A DNA stretch of 64,000 nucleotides, taken from Stegostoma tigrinum (Eukaryota). This document shows, piece after piece, positions 1 through 11,636 of the stretch. Within the stretch, counting starts at the first letter, position 1, and each line of letters begins with the position of its first letter. The notes under the pieces are model-generated. The model was not told the DNA's origin, did not search any database, and was given only the letters and a program-made list of their open reading frames with translations. The stretch covers positions 46,795,205 to 46,859,204 of the forward strand of contig NC_081365.1 in NCBI RefSeq assembly GCF_030684315.1, read 5' to 3'. The translations under genes were made by a program, and so were the position numbers.

Positions 1-724
1 TCTTTGCAACGAATGCAGTTGGGCCGAAGCTCAGTTTGGTTTGTGTTGGGAATAACACCTGGAATTTTAACTAGTTTGTAGCCAGAAGAAATCTAGTGGG
101 TTTCAGAGCTTCATGACAGAAAGCAATCAAACTCAGCTGGAGGCTATTGGAAGATACTTTGACATCAGCAGCACACTGAACAAGGAGCTGAGGCAGCCAC
201 AATTGAAGTACTAGATCAATACTACAGGGTCATTCCACCAAAAGCTGATTGGCAGGCTCTCAAAACATCATCTAGAACATGCAAACTGATGCCACAATCT
301 GCTGGAAGACATACTGCATGGATGGGTCCCACAAACTGAACGAACCATTGAAATAGTTATAATTGATATGAGAATTTCTTATATGGTTTGTGGTGGTACT
401 AAAAAAGTAGCACTCTATTCATTGCATATACAATTATAAATAAAAGTTAATACTGTCATAGTTCAGTTTTCCTTGATTTTTTTCCTGTATAGAGACATAT
501 TGTAGCACAGTTCTTAGTTTACTGTGGGGTGTTTCTTTCTAGAAATGAAAACAGTCCCAACCAAAAATGCACTAAAAGTGACAGGTTCAGATAAAAAGAA
601 CCATCTCACAGATCCTGGAAATCTGAAACAACAGGAGTGCAAGGGGAAAAAAAAGAAAACTTGGATGGGTGCAAGACTGAAGCTAGAAGCATGATTGTGA
701 GCAAATACTGAGTGAAACTTTGGA

Positions 725-785
725 AACCAGGGGAGTTAACAGAAAGTGATCAACCAGGGGAGTTAACAGAAAGTGATCAACCAGG
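725..785. repeat. 27-bp direct tandem repeat, ~2.3 copies
   Basis: aaccaggggagttaacagaaagtgatc at 725-751 and 752-778, plus partial aaccagg at 779-785. Confidence 0.9.
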
Positions 786-2562
786 ACAGGAACAGGCCAT
801 GACAGAATGTCTTCCAAGAATCAGTTAAGGCCAGAAAAGCTAAAGAACTGTGATTTCTTGAAGTTTAGTGATGTTTGGCTGACTGTGTTATTTACATCTG
901 AGGGAACTACTGACAAATCAGAGAGATCTGTCTTAATTCCATCTTCTATTTGATGTGTTCATCACATCCTATTACTCATAAGCACCTTTATGCCCAGTGC
1001 CAAGAATAAGGTTTATAATGCTTAATGATTGTGCAATAAAGTTTATGGATTTGTTCAAAATTGTGAAATCTAGTTCACTCATGTGAAAAAGTTATTATTT
1101 CCCAGGGAGATCATAAATTTGACAGTCTGATCAGGGATCAGAACAGTTAATACTTCAGGGGAATGACCTTCCAAAATTATGATTTTTTTTGCTGTCCTCA
1201 AAGAATGAAAATGCTTGGTTTAAATATTGGACTCACTTTACAACCTAAAAACTACTACTAACATCCAAAATACAGATGGAGAAAATGACAACATATTCTT
1301 AATTGCTCATGACACTTTCATGACTTTGTTACATTGACCAAATTATTTAGGCCAAGTGAAACAAACTGTCATCATGTAATATCTTAGAAAAATTGAAGCC
1401 TTACTTTCCCTCAATAAATGTAAATCAATTAATTCTTGGCTGCCATTGGTTCCTTATAGTGATTTAATATTAAAAGCCACCCAATGACTCCTGTTGTGTC
1501 TAACAGGCGACCCAACGTCTGAAAATTTACTTCAGGAATTACGGTGCGATCGATTCAAGTGGAAGAGATCCTAGAAACATAGGGTTTGCTGGTGACTGCA
1601 GTTGTTCTGTGGAAACAAGTTCATTCATTTTATACTTAATTAACATTCGTTATTATATAAAATGTGACATACATCCCCTCCTTATAGTTGTTTCATTCAG
1701 GACTCAAAGCTAAGGACTTTCTCCCCATCATCCAACACATTTCTGCTCACATCACTGATCTCAGAAATATGGGAACCTTTCTTAAAGGATTGCAACAAAT
1801 TAATACGATGAAAGGATACTATTCAGCCCATCATCATCAATGATGGCCCTTTGAATGGATAAGAAATGAATCTCACTTTACTATTTTTGTTCACAGGTTC
1901 TTGAAACTTATTGAAATCTGACTGGTACTAATTTGATAAGAGTACAAAGAAGAGAGGGCCCAGGTGGGTATTCACAAATCTTGGACGACAGGGCAAGGCA
2001 TAGATAGGTCAACATTCTGCTTGAAGATCGCTTCATGATCACTCTCGAGGATAAAAAGTTTTATCCTTGTCACCCTTACAAACTAGCATCCAGTTCCAGC
2101 CTTCTTTTCTGCAATGTGGTGTCACTTCTCAAATCCATATTCATCTTCGCCACAACTGCAGATCTAAACCCTCCAATCATATTTCTAGTACAGTCACAAA
2201 ATGGTTCTCTAAGTCAGAAGTGACATCCCTATGACAATGTGACAAATGGTAAACGTTTCCTCTTTACCATTTCAGCCTTTAATAGTTGATCAGGTATACT
2301 CGAAACTCTCCACCACCGTCTGACTGAGACGGCTATTGCTCACTTCCACTCTGATCTAACTGTAATCAGAAAATCTCACAAATGACTAATATTCCCATTT
2401 CTAATTGTTACCTCTGCTATTCAAAGGATTTACCTCAGGGTATCCATTTTGTCATTATGTGCTGCCTATCAGTGACATAATAACTTGAAAGAACTGTTTC
2501 CAAACATGTGCAGTTATCAAGCTTTGTGTCACCAATGTCACTCTTGACTGCCACAATGTTTC

Positions 2563-2881
2563 CACAGAATCCCTAGTGTGGAAACAGGCCTCTCGACCCA
2601 ACAAGTCCACAATGACCCTCAAGAGCATCCCACCCAGACCCATTCCCCCTATAACCCACCTAATCTACACATTCCTGTACATTATGGGCAATTTGCATGG
2701 CCAATCCACCGAGCCTGCACATGTTCGGACTGTGGGAGGAAGCCGGAACAACTGAAATGAAACCCACACAGACACAGGGAGAATGTGCAAACTCCACACA
2801 GACAGTCACCCAAGGGTGGAATTGAACTCTGGTCCCTGGTGCGGTGGGGCAGCAGTGCTAACCACTGAGCCACTGTGCCAC
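2563..2881 (-). mobile_element. HE1/V-SINE-like tRNA-derived SINE
   Basis: Reverse strand reads gtggcacagtggctcagtggttagcactgctgcc (tRNA-like head), tgtgtggagtttgcacattctccctgtgtctg (V-domain-like) and ends ggcctgtttccacactagggattctg (CR1-like tail). Confidence 0.9.
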
Positions 2882-3957
2882 TAATCATTAACGTTACTCA
2901 ATGATAAGCCCTAACTAAGCTTTCAGGCTCAGCTTCAGTCAACTTCTGCCTTGCCTACATTGTTGTTTCTGATCTGAATACCCATGTTGCATTCTAGTTG
3001 CTGGAAAGTCCAGCTTTAAATGCTGTTTAGTCCGGAGGTGCGAGGGTCAATTATAATGCTCCCCCTGTGTCATGCCTCACTGACTAACACACTGGAAATC
3101 AAGCCCTGTTATTCCCCAAGTCGTCACAAAAAAATAGATTTTATTAAAAAGTGAGAGGGATTCACCTGCTGTCTTTTTAGGTCTAGACTGGCACAGCACA
3201 AACCATGTCTCTGTATTTAACAGGGATTACTATTAATTGCAAAATAAAATTCTAGTGACAGGTAAACAATTATCAACTGTTAATATATAGATGGAGTTAA
3301 AACTCTACCCTCTTTTATGAAGTGCCCTACATCTCTGTATTGGCAGGTAAAAAAGAATTGGTGTTATGGCTAGAGAAAAAAACCAGGAAAGTAGTCAATA
3401 GTCCCTGTCCCCAAAGTTTAAAATGATCCTTTGGACGAGCCAGGGCTTGCTCTTTGGGTACAACTGGAAACTGAATTATCTGATCTCTATCTCTGAACGA
3501 AGTTCTCATCTTTGCAAAGCTTTTACCTGTGACCTGTTGAGCCCTGTAGAATTGCCTTTCTTTTGAATGGAATGTCTCTTCAATTCTCCATTATGTTTGC
3601 TCACTACAATTTAGTGATGAGCTAAATTGTGCTTTGTGTTTTTTCTACAAAGTTGCCAGCCTGTCCCATTCAATTGCTGTTTATACTTTCTGAAAAAAAG
3701 TTGCTAGGTTATCAGACTACTTGTCCATCATTCAGTACTGAATGAGTAGAAATTTCCGCTAATTAAATACTGGGAAGACAGAAGCCATGATCCTAGCCCC
3801 CGTTACAAACTCCATTCTCAAACTACTGGCTATCTTCTCTTTGGCAACAGAGCCAGACACTTAACTAGTCTATTCACAGCCTGAAGTCATTTGAGCTGGA
3901 GATGGCCTGCTGAGCACATTCACAACAAGAACTCTTCTTTTAACCTCTTTTCAAAGG

Positions 3958-4310
3958 CTAGAGACAGAGCAGTAAATGTCAGTGGATAAATAATCCAGAG
4001 ATCAAAGCTAAAACTCTGGGAAGATGAGTCAGAATCACACCATGAGAATGAATGGAATTTAAATTCAATGAATAAATCTTGCATATGAAACTAGTCTCTG
4101 TGACGATGACCATGATAACTCAGTTGTTGTAAAGTTCCAACTGGCTCACAAATATCTTTCAAGGGGAAATAAAAATTACTGGTCAGGCTGACCTGGTCGA
4201 CACATGACCCCAAATGTCAAGCACACTGCTGTAGTCTGAGCAGCCTAACACTCCTTTCCAGAGCAATTAACGATGGCCAACAAATACTGGCCTCACCACT
4301 GAAGCACACC
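3958..4310 (+). mobile_element. Degraded tRNA-headed SINE (family B in this window)
   Basis: Aligns by eye to 5450-6030 and 37737-38100 (aatccagag..., ggaatttaaattcaat, gatgaccatga, ctggctcac, gcaattaacgatggccaacaaatactggcc). Confidence 0.7.
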
Positions 4311-4422
4311 ATTTGTTGCTGTAGGAATTAAAATCAGTTGCAAATACAGCATTGAAAGCAAAAATACAGCTAAACATTTACAAATAACTGCTTAAGTCCC
4401 AGCAAAAGCACTGCATAATTGA

Positions 4423-4526
4423 GAGACTACACAAATGGACAAATCTGCGGTAATGTTAGAATATGGGGTTATCCACTTTGGACCAATAAAGCATAAATCG
4501 GGGTGTTTTGTATATTTTATTTATTA
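4423..4526. repeat. ~105-bp inverted duplicate of 6019-6123
   Basis: Reverse complement of 6019-6123 matches 4423-4526 with two mismatches. Confidence 0.9.
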
Positions 4527-5449
4527 TACATTAATATTCATTAATTATGAAGGATGCTGAGATATTGTTTTAGGGCTGTTACACTGGATGCTAGGCTCAA
4601 AGGGTTAGTGTCAAGGAGTGATACTGAGTACGCAGGAGAACAGCCCAAAATCTTCAAGGAATTAGACCTATAATCTTTGTCCCTAAGATTGAGGGAGCCC
4701 AAGTCCCACATCATAATGTAACAATCACATAGCAATAGGAGTAGGCCATTCAGCCCAGAGTCTATTCCATCATTCAAAGAGATCATAAAACGTGGCTTAA
4801 CTGCATGTACCTCCCATATTCCTCAACACCATTATTTAACAAAACTTCTCTCGGATTTAAAATTAACAACTGACCCAGCATCCACAGCTATTTGTGGAAG
4901 AAAGCTCCAAACATTTATCACCCTTTGCAGAGAAGTGCTTCCTAACATCTCTCAAAAGAGACTGGCCCTAATTCTCAGACGATGCCTAGTTCCAGAAGTC
5001 CCAATTGGTGGAAATAATTAATCTTTACCTACTCTGTCTTTTCCTGCTAAGATCTTGAAGATTTCAATTACATCACCCATTTCATCTTCTAAAAGTCTAT
5101 AGAAAACAGGCTTCATTTGTACAATCTTAACCCCTCATAACTTAACGCCTAAAGTCCAGGTTTTATTCTTGTAAACCTACATTGTACTCACGCCAAAAAC
5201 AATACATCCTAAGGTGTAGTGCCCAGATCTGCTCACACTACTCAAAGTGGAGTGCAACCAGAGTTTTGTATAACTACAGTATTACTTCCACATTCTGTCA
5301 CTCCACACGTTGAGGTATAAGGTCAGCATTCCATTAGCTTTCTTGATTAGTTTCTGCATCTGATCATGATATTTGAAAGATTATGCACTTAAACCCACCC
5401 TGAGTATCTTTGGACATCCACTGTATTTAATCTCATACTATATTTAATT

Positions 5450-6030
5450 GGAGGCGATGGCCTAGCCATATTATTGTTGGAGGTAGTAGGAACTGCCGAT
5501 GCTGGAGAATCTGAGATAACAAGGTGTAGAGCTGGATGAACACAGCAGGCCGAGCAGAATCATAGGAGCAGGAAGGCTGACATTTCAGATCTGGACCCTT
5601 CTTCAGAAATGGGGGAGGGTTCGGGGATTCTGAAATAAAGAGAGAGAGATGGGGAGGCAGATGGAGGATGGATAAAGGAGCAGATATGTGGAAAGGAGAC
5701 GGACAAGTCAAGGAGGCGGGGATGGAGCCAGTAAATGTGAGCATAGGTGCCGGGTTCAAATACTGCCATGGCAGATGGTGGAATTTGAATTCAATAAAAT
5801 ATCTGGAATTAAGAATCTAATGATAACCATGAATCCATTTTCAGAAACTATCTGGTTCACTAATGCCCTTTAGGGAAGGAAACTGCCAATCTTACCTGGT
5901 CTGGCCTACATGTGAATCCAGACCCGCAGCAACGTGGTTGACTCTGAACTACCCTCTAGGCAATTAGAGATGGGGAATAAATGCTGCCTAGCCAGCAATG
6001 CCCTCATCTCGTTAATGAATAATAAATAAA
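5450..6030 (+). mobile_element. tRNA-headed SINE (family B) with a PLE fragment nested in its head
   Basis: ggaggcgatggcctag...[insert]...ccgggttcaaatactgccatggcagatggtggaatttgaattc...ggcaattagagatggggaataaatgctgcctagccagc...aatgaataataaataaa. Confidence 0.85.
5480..5749 (-). mobile_element. Neptune-type PLE 3' terminal fragment with tail and degenerate hammerhead
   Basis: Matches the 3' end of the 27.5-27.8 kb element; reverse of 5577-5608 reads tctgaagaagggtccagatctgaaatgtcag. Confidence 0.85.
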
Positions 6031-7540
6031 ATATACAAAACACCCCGATTTATGCTTTATTGGTCCAAAGTGGATAACCCCACATTCTAACATTACCGCA
6101 TATTTGTCCATTTGTGTAGTCTCAATATTCCTTCATAATTTTAGGCTACCACTGCATACAATGTTGCCTTTGTGTCACCAAATTTGGATAATGGCATAAA
6201 AGTCATACATATAGCTCATTAATAAATACCATGAACAACCAAGGCCCTAACAGATCCTTGTGTGACATCACTGGTCACATCCTGTCAATTTGAGAACCTA
6301 ACCAATTTCCAAGCCTACCCAATTTCCTTATTCTGTCACCTTCCACTCAAACTATTTCCCCAGCCATATCAGTAATTTGCCCTCAGCTTATTTAATAGTC
6401 TCTTTTGTGGGGCTTTACATGGACGTCCAGAAGGCATTTAATAAACAATGTTCACAGACATTGCCTTGTCCACTACTTTAAGTTAACTATTCAAAAAAAA
6501 ATTCACTGGGGTTTTTAGGCATGGCCAATGCGTCATGAATCCAAGTTGGCCACCTCTGAACTGGAACTGTTCAAGCAGTTCAATTACCCCATCCTTAATA
6601 CAGACTCCAATGACTGCCCCATTATTGGTGTCAGGCCAAGTGGTCAAAGATGCTCTGTTTTTCCTCTTTGCCTTTCAAAAGCAGAGTGATGTGCAATTTT
6701 CCAATCCAATACTATTCTAATACAAATCTATTTAAGTCTCATGAGTCTACCTTATTGTGTTTCTCTATCATAAGTCCAGATACCAATCTTTAGGAAAAAA
6801 AGCAGGATGGTGGCATTAAATCTACTTGTTGTAGCATTCACTGATGCTGCTTGAGAAGATTTATTGTACAACATGACGAGCAACAGCTTGGATTCCCATT
6901 AGCTTTGATGTCTAAAATCGGTCTAAAGATTTCTAAGGTTACTCAAGTCGTCAGACAACAGCTGGGAATGCTGAAACTTCCAAAGACCTACAGAAGAACA
7001 ATTTGTTGCAATATTTGACAAAGGTAAAACCTACAGTTGACAGTAAAAGTATTTCCGATCTGAGAAGATACACGTAGAAGTAAGTATATCCTCAAAGTCA
7101 CATGGGTCGAGAACACTGGGCACACTTGCATGTTACAAATTGCTGCCAATTATTGGTTATCAATGAATTGTAGGACCAACCCTAAGTCAAGCTTCAACCA
7201 GAGGGCAAGCATATATCACAGTCCTCATTAGTAAAGTTGAAATGTATGGTGAAAACAGGGAAATTTAAAAAAATTAAATTAAATGTGCCATTAAAGGGTA
7301 GGCAAGAGTTCTATTCACGGAGAGCTCACGTCATCACAGGCAGATACCGCGAGGCAAAGCTTCAGAAATAATTGTAAAAAAACAGCCACAACACGGGAAA
7401 CTTTGCAAAGCCAAAACTGAAGTGACAGTGGGGCACTTCTGTAAGTCTAAGTAGAGAAGAAAGCTACAAAGATTGCAGAAGAAAGCAAATCGCTCAGCGC
7501 AAACGCCAGTAAATTAGGGCTCGGGCTACTGACTCATTTC

Positions 7541-7600
7541 AGGGATCAGTTAGCTCAGTTGATTGGACGATTGGTTTGCGACATGGAGTGATGCCAGAGC
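7541..7600 (+). mobile_element. tRNA-derived SINE head fragment
   Basis: gggatcagttagctcagttg...ggtttgcgac...gagtgatgcca; same family as 31383-31464. Confidence 0.55.
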
Positions 7601-8909
7601 AAATTATTACTTTAAAATAACTAAGAAATGAGGAGACGAGAAATTAATATGCAGCAGTTTGTTTTAAATCAGGAACATACTACTAGGAATAAAACAAATT
7701 CCTCCTCGCAAACTTTCAAATGAATACTGAATGCTTATTTGAAGAGGACAGATTCAGGCAATTTAGCAAAAAGCCTGGTATGGGGCACAGATAGCACAAC
7801 TCTTCCCACAAGCTAGCACAGAGAAGACAGGCCAAATAGCCCCTAATCTGCCATAGTCTTCAAGGCTAAAATCATATCCAATTTTATTTGGCAAGTTATG
7901 GTGAACCCGTTTGCACAGCCCTTTCAAGCCGTGCACTCCAGTTCATGGTATACTTTAAAACCCCACATATTCATAACATTAACCTGAGCCTCTGCATTGT
8001 TAATCCAGTGACATTACTATTACACTACCACTTGCGGACACCCCACGAAAATATTGAACTGGAGACATAAAATCCAAAACATGAAAAACATAATTTAAAG
8101 TCTAATCCAAAATATATTTAGTAACCATTACTGTGATCGATCATCTCCCTATCCAAGCTGTTCCATTGCTTTTAAATGCATGTTCATCTCAAAAAGCTCC
8201 TATGTTTCACTTTTTCAAACACTTAAATCCAACTATAGAGCAAGCACTGTATTTTCTCTCAATAATAAATATGAAGATGTGTCAGCCAGGACTGATTCTT
8301 CTAAATTAATTCAACACATTCAATGTGGATTTCTAAGCTTCTAATGGAATATTAATTCCAGCCTGGATCATAGCCTCCAGAAGTTCACCCATGATAGGTA
8401 AGGTTTGTGTTCAGCATGGATTTTCCAGTCAAAACAAGCAGTCTTTATGTCCTTCAAAAGTAATCATGCATCAGCGTCACATCAAACTCAACATGCAATG
8501 CCACTGCAATTATTCAAGTATATGAATGGTGCCACACTAAAAACAAATTTAAAACTTTTTATTCATTAAGACACTAAACACCCTTAGGTAAGACATATGC
8601 AGATTTTATGACATTATGCTGTAGAAATTATGCAAACTATACAACAGTCTGGAGAAGGCAGGCATCTCATGAGGTTCCCCAAGGGTTAGTAATAGAAGCA
8701 GCACTTTTCATAAGTCCAGGTCATTTAATGTGGGTTATTAACAGAATTTGAAGTTAACTGGCAAAACTTGGAATTATTGCTAAGTGATATTTATGATCGA
8801 CTTCAAGAGGAACAGAGGCAGGAGAAATGGACAGAAAAGCGATGGATGAAATTGGGAAAAGTAGAAGTCTGAAGTGACATTTTCGTACGAAAGAAGAGGA
8901 GACAATATC

Positions 8910-10514
8910 AGAGTTTTAGCAAAGATGTGTCGCTCCGGTTGTGGGTGAGGTTGTTAACTTGCTCACTGGGCTGACTTGTTTTCATTCTTTCATTATGCTA
9001 GGTGACATTATCAGCGAGGCCTCTGATGAAGCGATGTTGTTCTACTCCGCTTAGTATTTATACTGTCTGGGCCATTATGGTGAGTGGTGTCATTTCCAGT
9101 TTTGATCTGTATGGGTTTGTATATGGGGTTCAATTCTATATGCCTTTTGGTTGCATTATGGGTAGAGAACCATGCCTCTAGGAATTCCTGTGCATGTCTA
9201 TGTTTAGCGCGGGCTACTATCATTACCTTGCCCCAGTTAAACTGATGGCCGTTATTGTCCAAGTGTACAGATATTAAGGAAAGTTAGTGAGTTTTGAGAA
9301 GATTTGTAGCTCAGGTTGGAAAGTTAAGGAAATAGAGTATTGTCATAGAGTGGGTGTGGGCATGTGCACTACCACGATTCCTAGTGGTCTCAGAAGCCTT
9401 GTTGTCAGTTCTGATATGTTCTTGACATAGGGCAATGTGGCCAGTGTGTTAGGGCATACTGTGTCGTCTTGTCTGTTTAGTAGGCATCCGAAGATGAAGT
9501 TGTGGGGATATCCGTTCATAGCGAAGATTTTTTATAAGTGCATTTCTCATTCTTGTGTAGTTCTGGGGTGTTGCAGTGTGTCCTAGGCTGTTTAAATAGT
9601 GTCCTGATGCAGCTTTGTTCATGGGCTTTGAGGATTTGATCAGCGAGGGGCCCACTGACATCCCCACAACTTGTATGTTTAGTAGGCGTCTGCAGATCAA
9701 GTTGTGGGGATGTCAGTGGGCCCCTCGCTGATCAAATCCTCAAAGCCCATGAACAAAGCTGCATCAGGACACTATTTAAACAGCCTAGGACACACTGCAA
9801 CACCCCAGAACTACACAAGAATGAGAAATGCACTTATAAAAAATCTTCGCTATGAACGGATATCCCCACAACTTCATCTTCGGATGCCTACTAAACAGAC
9901 AAGACGACACAATATACCCTAACACACTGGCCACACTGCCCAACATCAAGAACGTATCAGAACTGACAACACTCCTAAGGCCAGTCGGAATCAATAGCAC
10001 AGAAGCCCACAGCCACCCTCTGACAAACACAAGGATTAAAGACCCCATTCTCATAACATGCAGAACCAACGTGGTTTACAAAATACCATGCAACGACTGC
10101 CACAATCATTAGATCAGAGAGGAAGAAAACTAGCTATCAGAATACACAAACATCAACTAGCAGCAAAACGACATGACAAACGTTCCTTAATATATGTACA
10201 CTTGGGCAATGAAGGCCATCAGTTTAACTGGGGCAAGGTAACCAGAGTAGCCCAAGCCAAACATAGATACACATGGGAATTTCTAGAGGCATGGTCCTCC
10301 ACCCATAATGCAATCAATAAATGCAGAGAATTGGACTCCCTATACAGATCAAAACTGGAAATGACACTACTTACCAGAACATACCAAACAGTATAAATTC
10401 CAAGCAGAGTAGAACAACATTGCTTCACCAGAGGCCTCACTGATGATGTTACTTAGGATGGTGATGAAATGTCTGAACAAGAACAAGCCAGCTTGGCAAG
10501 CAAGTCAACAGCCT
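8910..10514. mobile_element. Poseidon/Penelope-type PLE, inverted pair of 3' fragments (left arm minus, right arm plus)
   Basis: Right-arm peptides NGYPHNFI...ATLPNIKNVSE...NVVYKIPCNDC and RKLAIRIHKHQ...GHQFNWGKV...EFLEAW (GIY-YIG region); the mirror peptide GHQFNWGKV...EFLEAW is on the minus strand at 9011-9262; frameshifted. Confidence 0.9.
10437..10476 (+). ncRNA. Minimal hammerhead ribozyme motif (CpG-decayed) in the PLE 3' end
   Basis: tca-CTGATGA-tgttac ttaggatg gtgat-GAAA-tGTC-tga; stem I tca/tga. Confidence 0.7.
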
Positions 10515-10840
10515 CACAGAATCCCTGCAGTATGGAAGCAGACTGTTCAGCTCACTGAGTCCACACCATCTTTCCTAACAACATTCCACACAGCCCCAGC
10601 CCCCTCCCTATCCCTGTAACCCCACATTTCCAATGGCAAATCCATCTAACCTTCACGTCCCTGGAAACTATGGGCAACTGTGGGCAATCCACCTAACTTG
10701 CACATCTTTGGATGTGGGAGGAAACCGGAGCACCTGGAGGAAACCAACACTGGCAAAGGGAGAACATGCAAACTCCACAGACACTCACCTAAGGCTGGCA
10801 TCAGCCTGGGTCACTGGCACTGAGGCAACAGTATATTAAC
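10515..10840 (-). mobile_element. HE1/V-SINE-like SINE
   Basis: cagaatccctgcagtatggaagcag...gtgggaggaaaccggagcacctggaggaaacc...gcaaactccacagac. Confidence 0.85.
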
Positions 10841-11311
10841 TAAAGGGCACAATTCCAATGGGAATACAGGCAGAGAGGGTGTGAAAGATGCATATGTATA
10901 AAATTATAGGGAGTGACAAGGTGGTTTGAGAAAATACTTAAGGTATGCAAGATTCTGGATTTGATTTAGAAAATGGCAGAGCACTGAAGCAAATTATCGT
11001 AAACCTTTTATAAAATACTAGTTTTGTCTCATCAGAAACAACATGACCAATTTTAGGAAGAATGAGAGGGCACAGAAAAACTTAAAGAGCAGCTCCAAAG
11101 ATGAAGGACTTCGGTTACAAAGATTAGAGAATCTGGTGGTTACTTTTTGTTTTAAGAAATGGTTGAGGGCAGATTTTATGGAGCTCACCAAAATCGCATG
11201 AAGTTCGTACAGAGTTGTTAGGGAGAAACTATTCCCATTGGTTGAAGGTGAATGACTAAAGAATTAAAAGATTATGTTTTTCAAATTTTCATTCACAATA
11301 CGAAAGAAATC

Positions 11312-11636
11312 CATTCATGAGGGTTTTGCTGGCTGGGCCGGCATTGTTGCCCATCCCTAATTGCCCAAAGGACATTTAAGAGTCAACCACATTGCTGTGG
11401 GTCTGAAGTCACATGTTGGCCACACCAGACAGGCAATTTCCTTCTCAAAAAAGGACATTAGTGAACCAGATGGGTTTCTCCAACAGTTATCATTAGACTC
11501 AATTTCAAAATGATTTTTTTAAACTGAATTCAAATTCCAACATCTGCCATGGTGAGATTCAAACCCAGGTTCCAGAACATTATCTGGGTCTCTGGATTAA
11601 CAGTACAGTGATAATACATCTAGGCCATCACCTCCC
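11312..11636 (-). mobile_element. tRNA-headed SINE (family B)
   Basis: Reverse homolog of 5450-6030 with an uninterrupted head (gggaggtgatggcctag...ctgttaatccagagacccagataatgttctggaacctgggtttgaatctc). Confidence 0.85.

Larger units (their letters stand above)
4730..6720 (-). mobile_element. Degenerate CR1-like LINE 3' portion, interrupted by a SINE/PLE at 5450-6030
   Basis: Begins with the reverse of a CR1 tail (gagtaggccattcagccc); contains typical CR1 ORF2 blocks (aggtgtagtgcccag..., ggccctaacagatccttgtgtgacatcactggtcac). Confidence 0.7.
8640..11270 (+). mobile_element. Degenerate CR1-like LINE split by a PLE (8910-10514) and an HE1-like SINE (10515-10840)
   Basis: CR1 RT-like blocks at 8640-8908 (ggttccccaagggttagta) resume at ~10840 (aaagggcacaatt...ggagaaactattcccattgg). 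Confidence 0.6.

Noticed and set aside
725-785. 27-bp repeats as a CRISPR-like array
   Set aside because: Adjacent copies with no spacers in eukaryotic DNA; a simple tandem duplication
1470-1620. CpG-retaining patch as exon 2 of the 17-kb gene
   Set aside because: Each minus-strand acceptor I tried hits a stop in the required phase before a good donor; it may be a non-coding element
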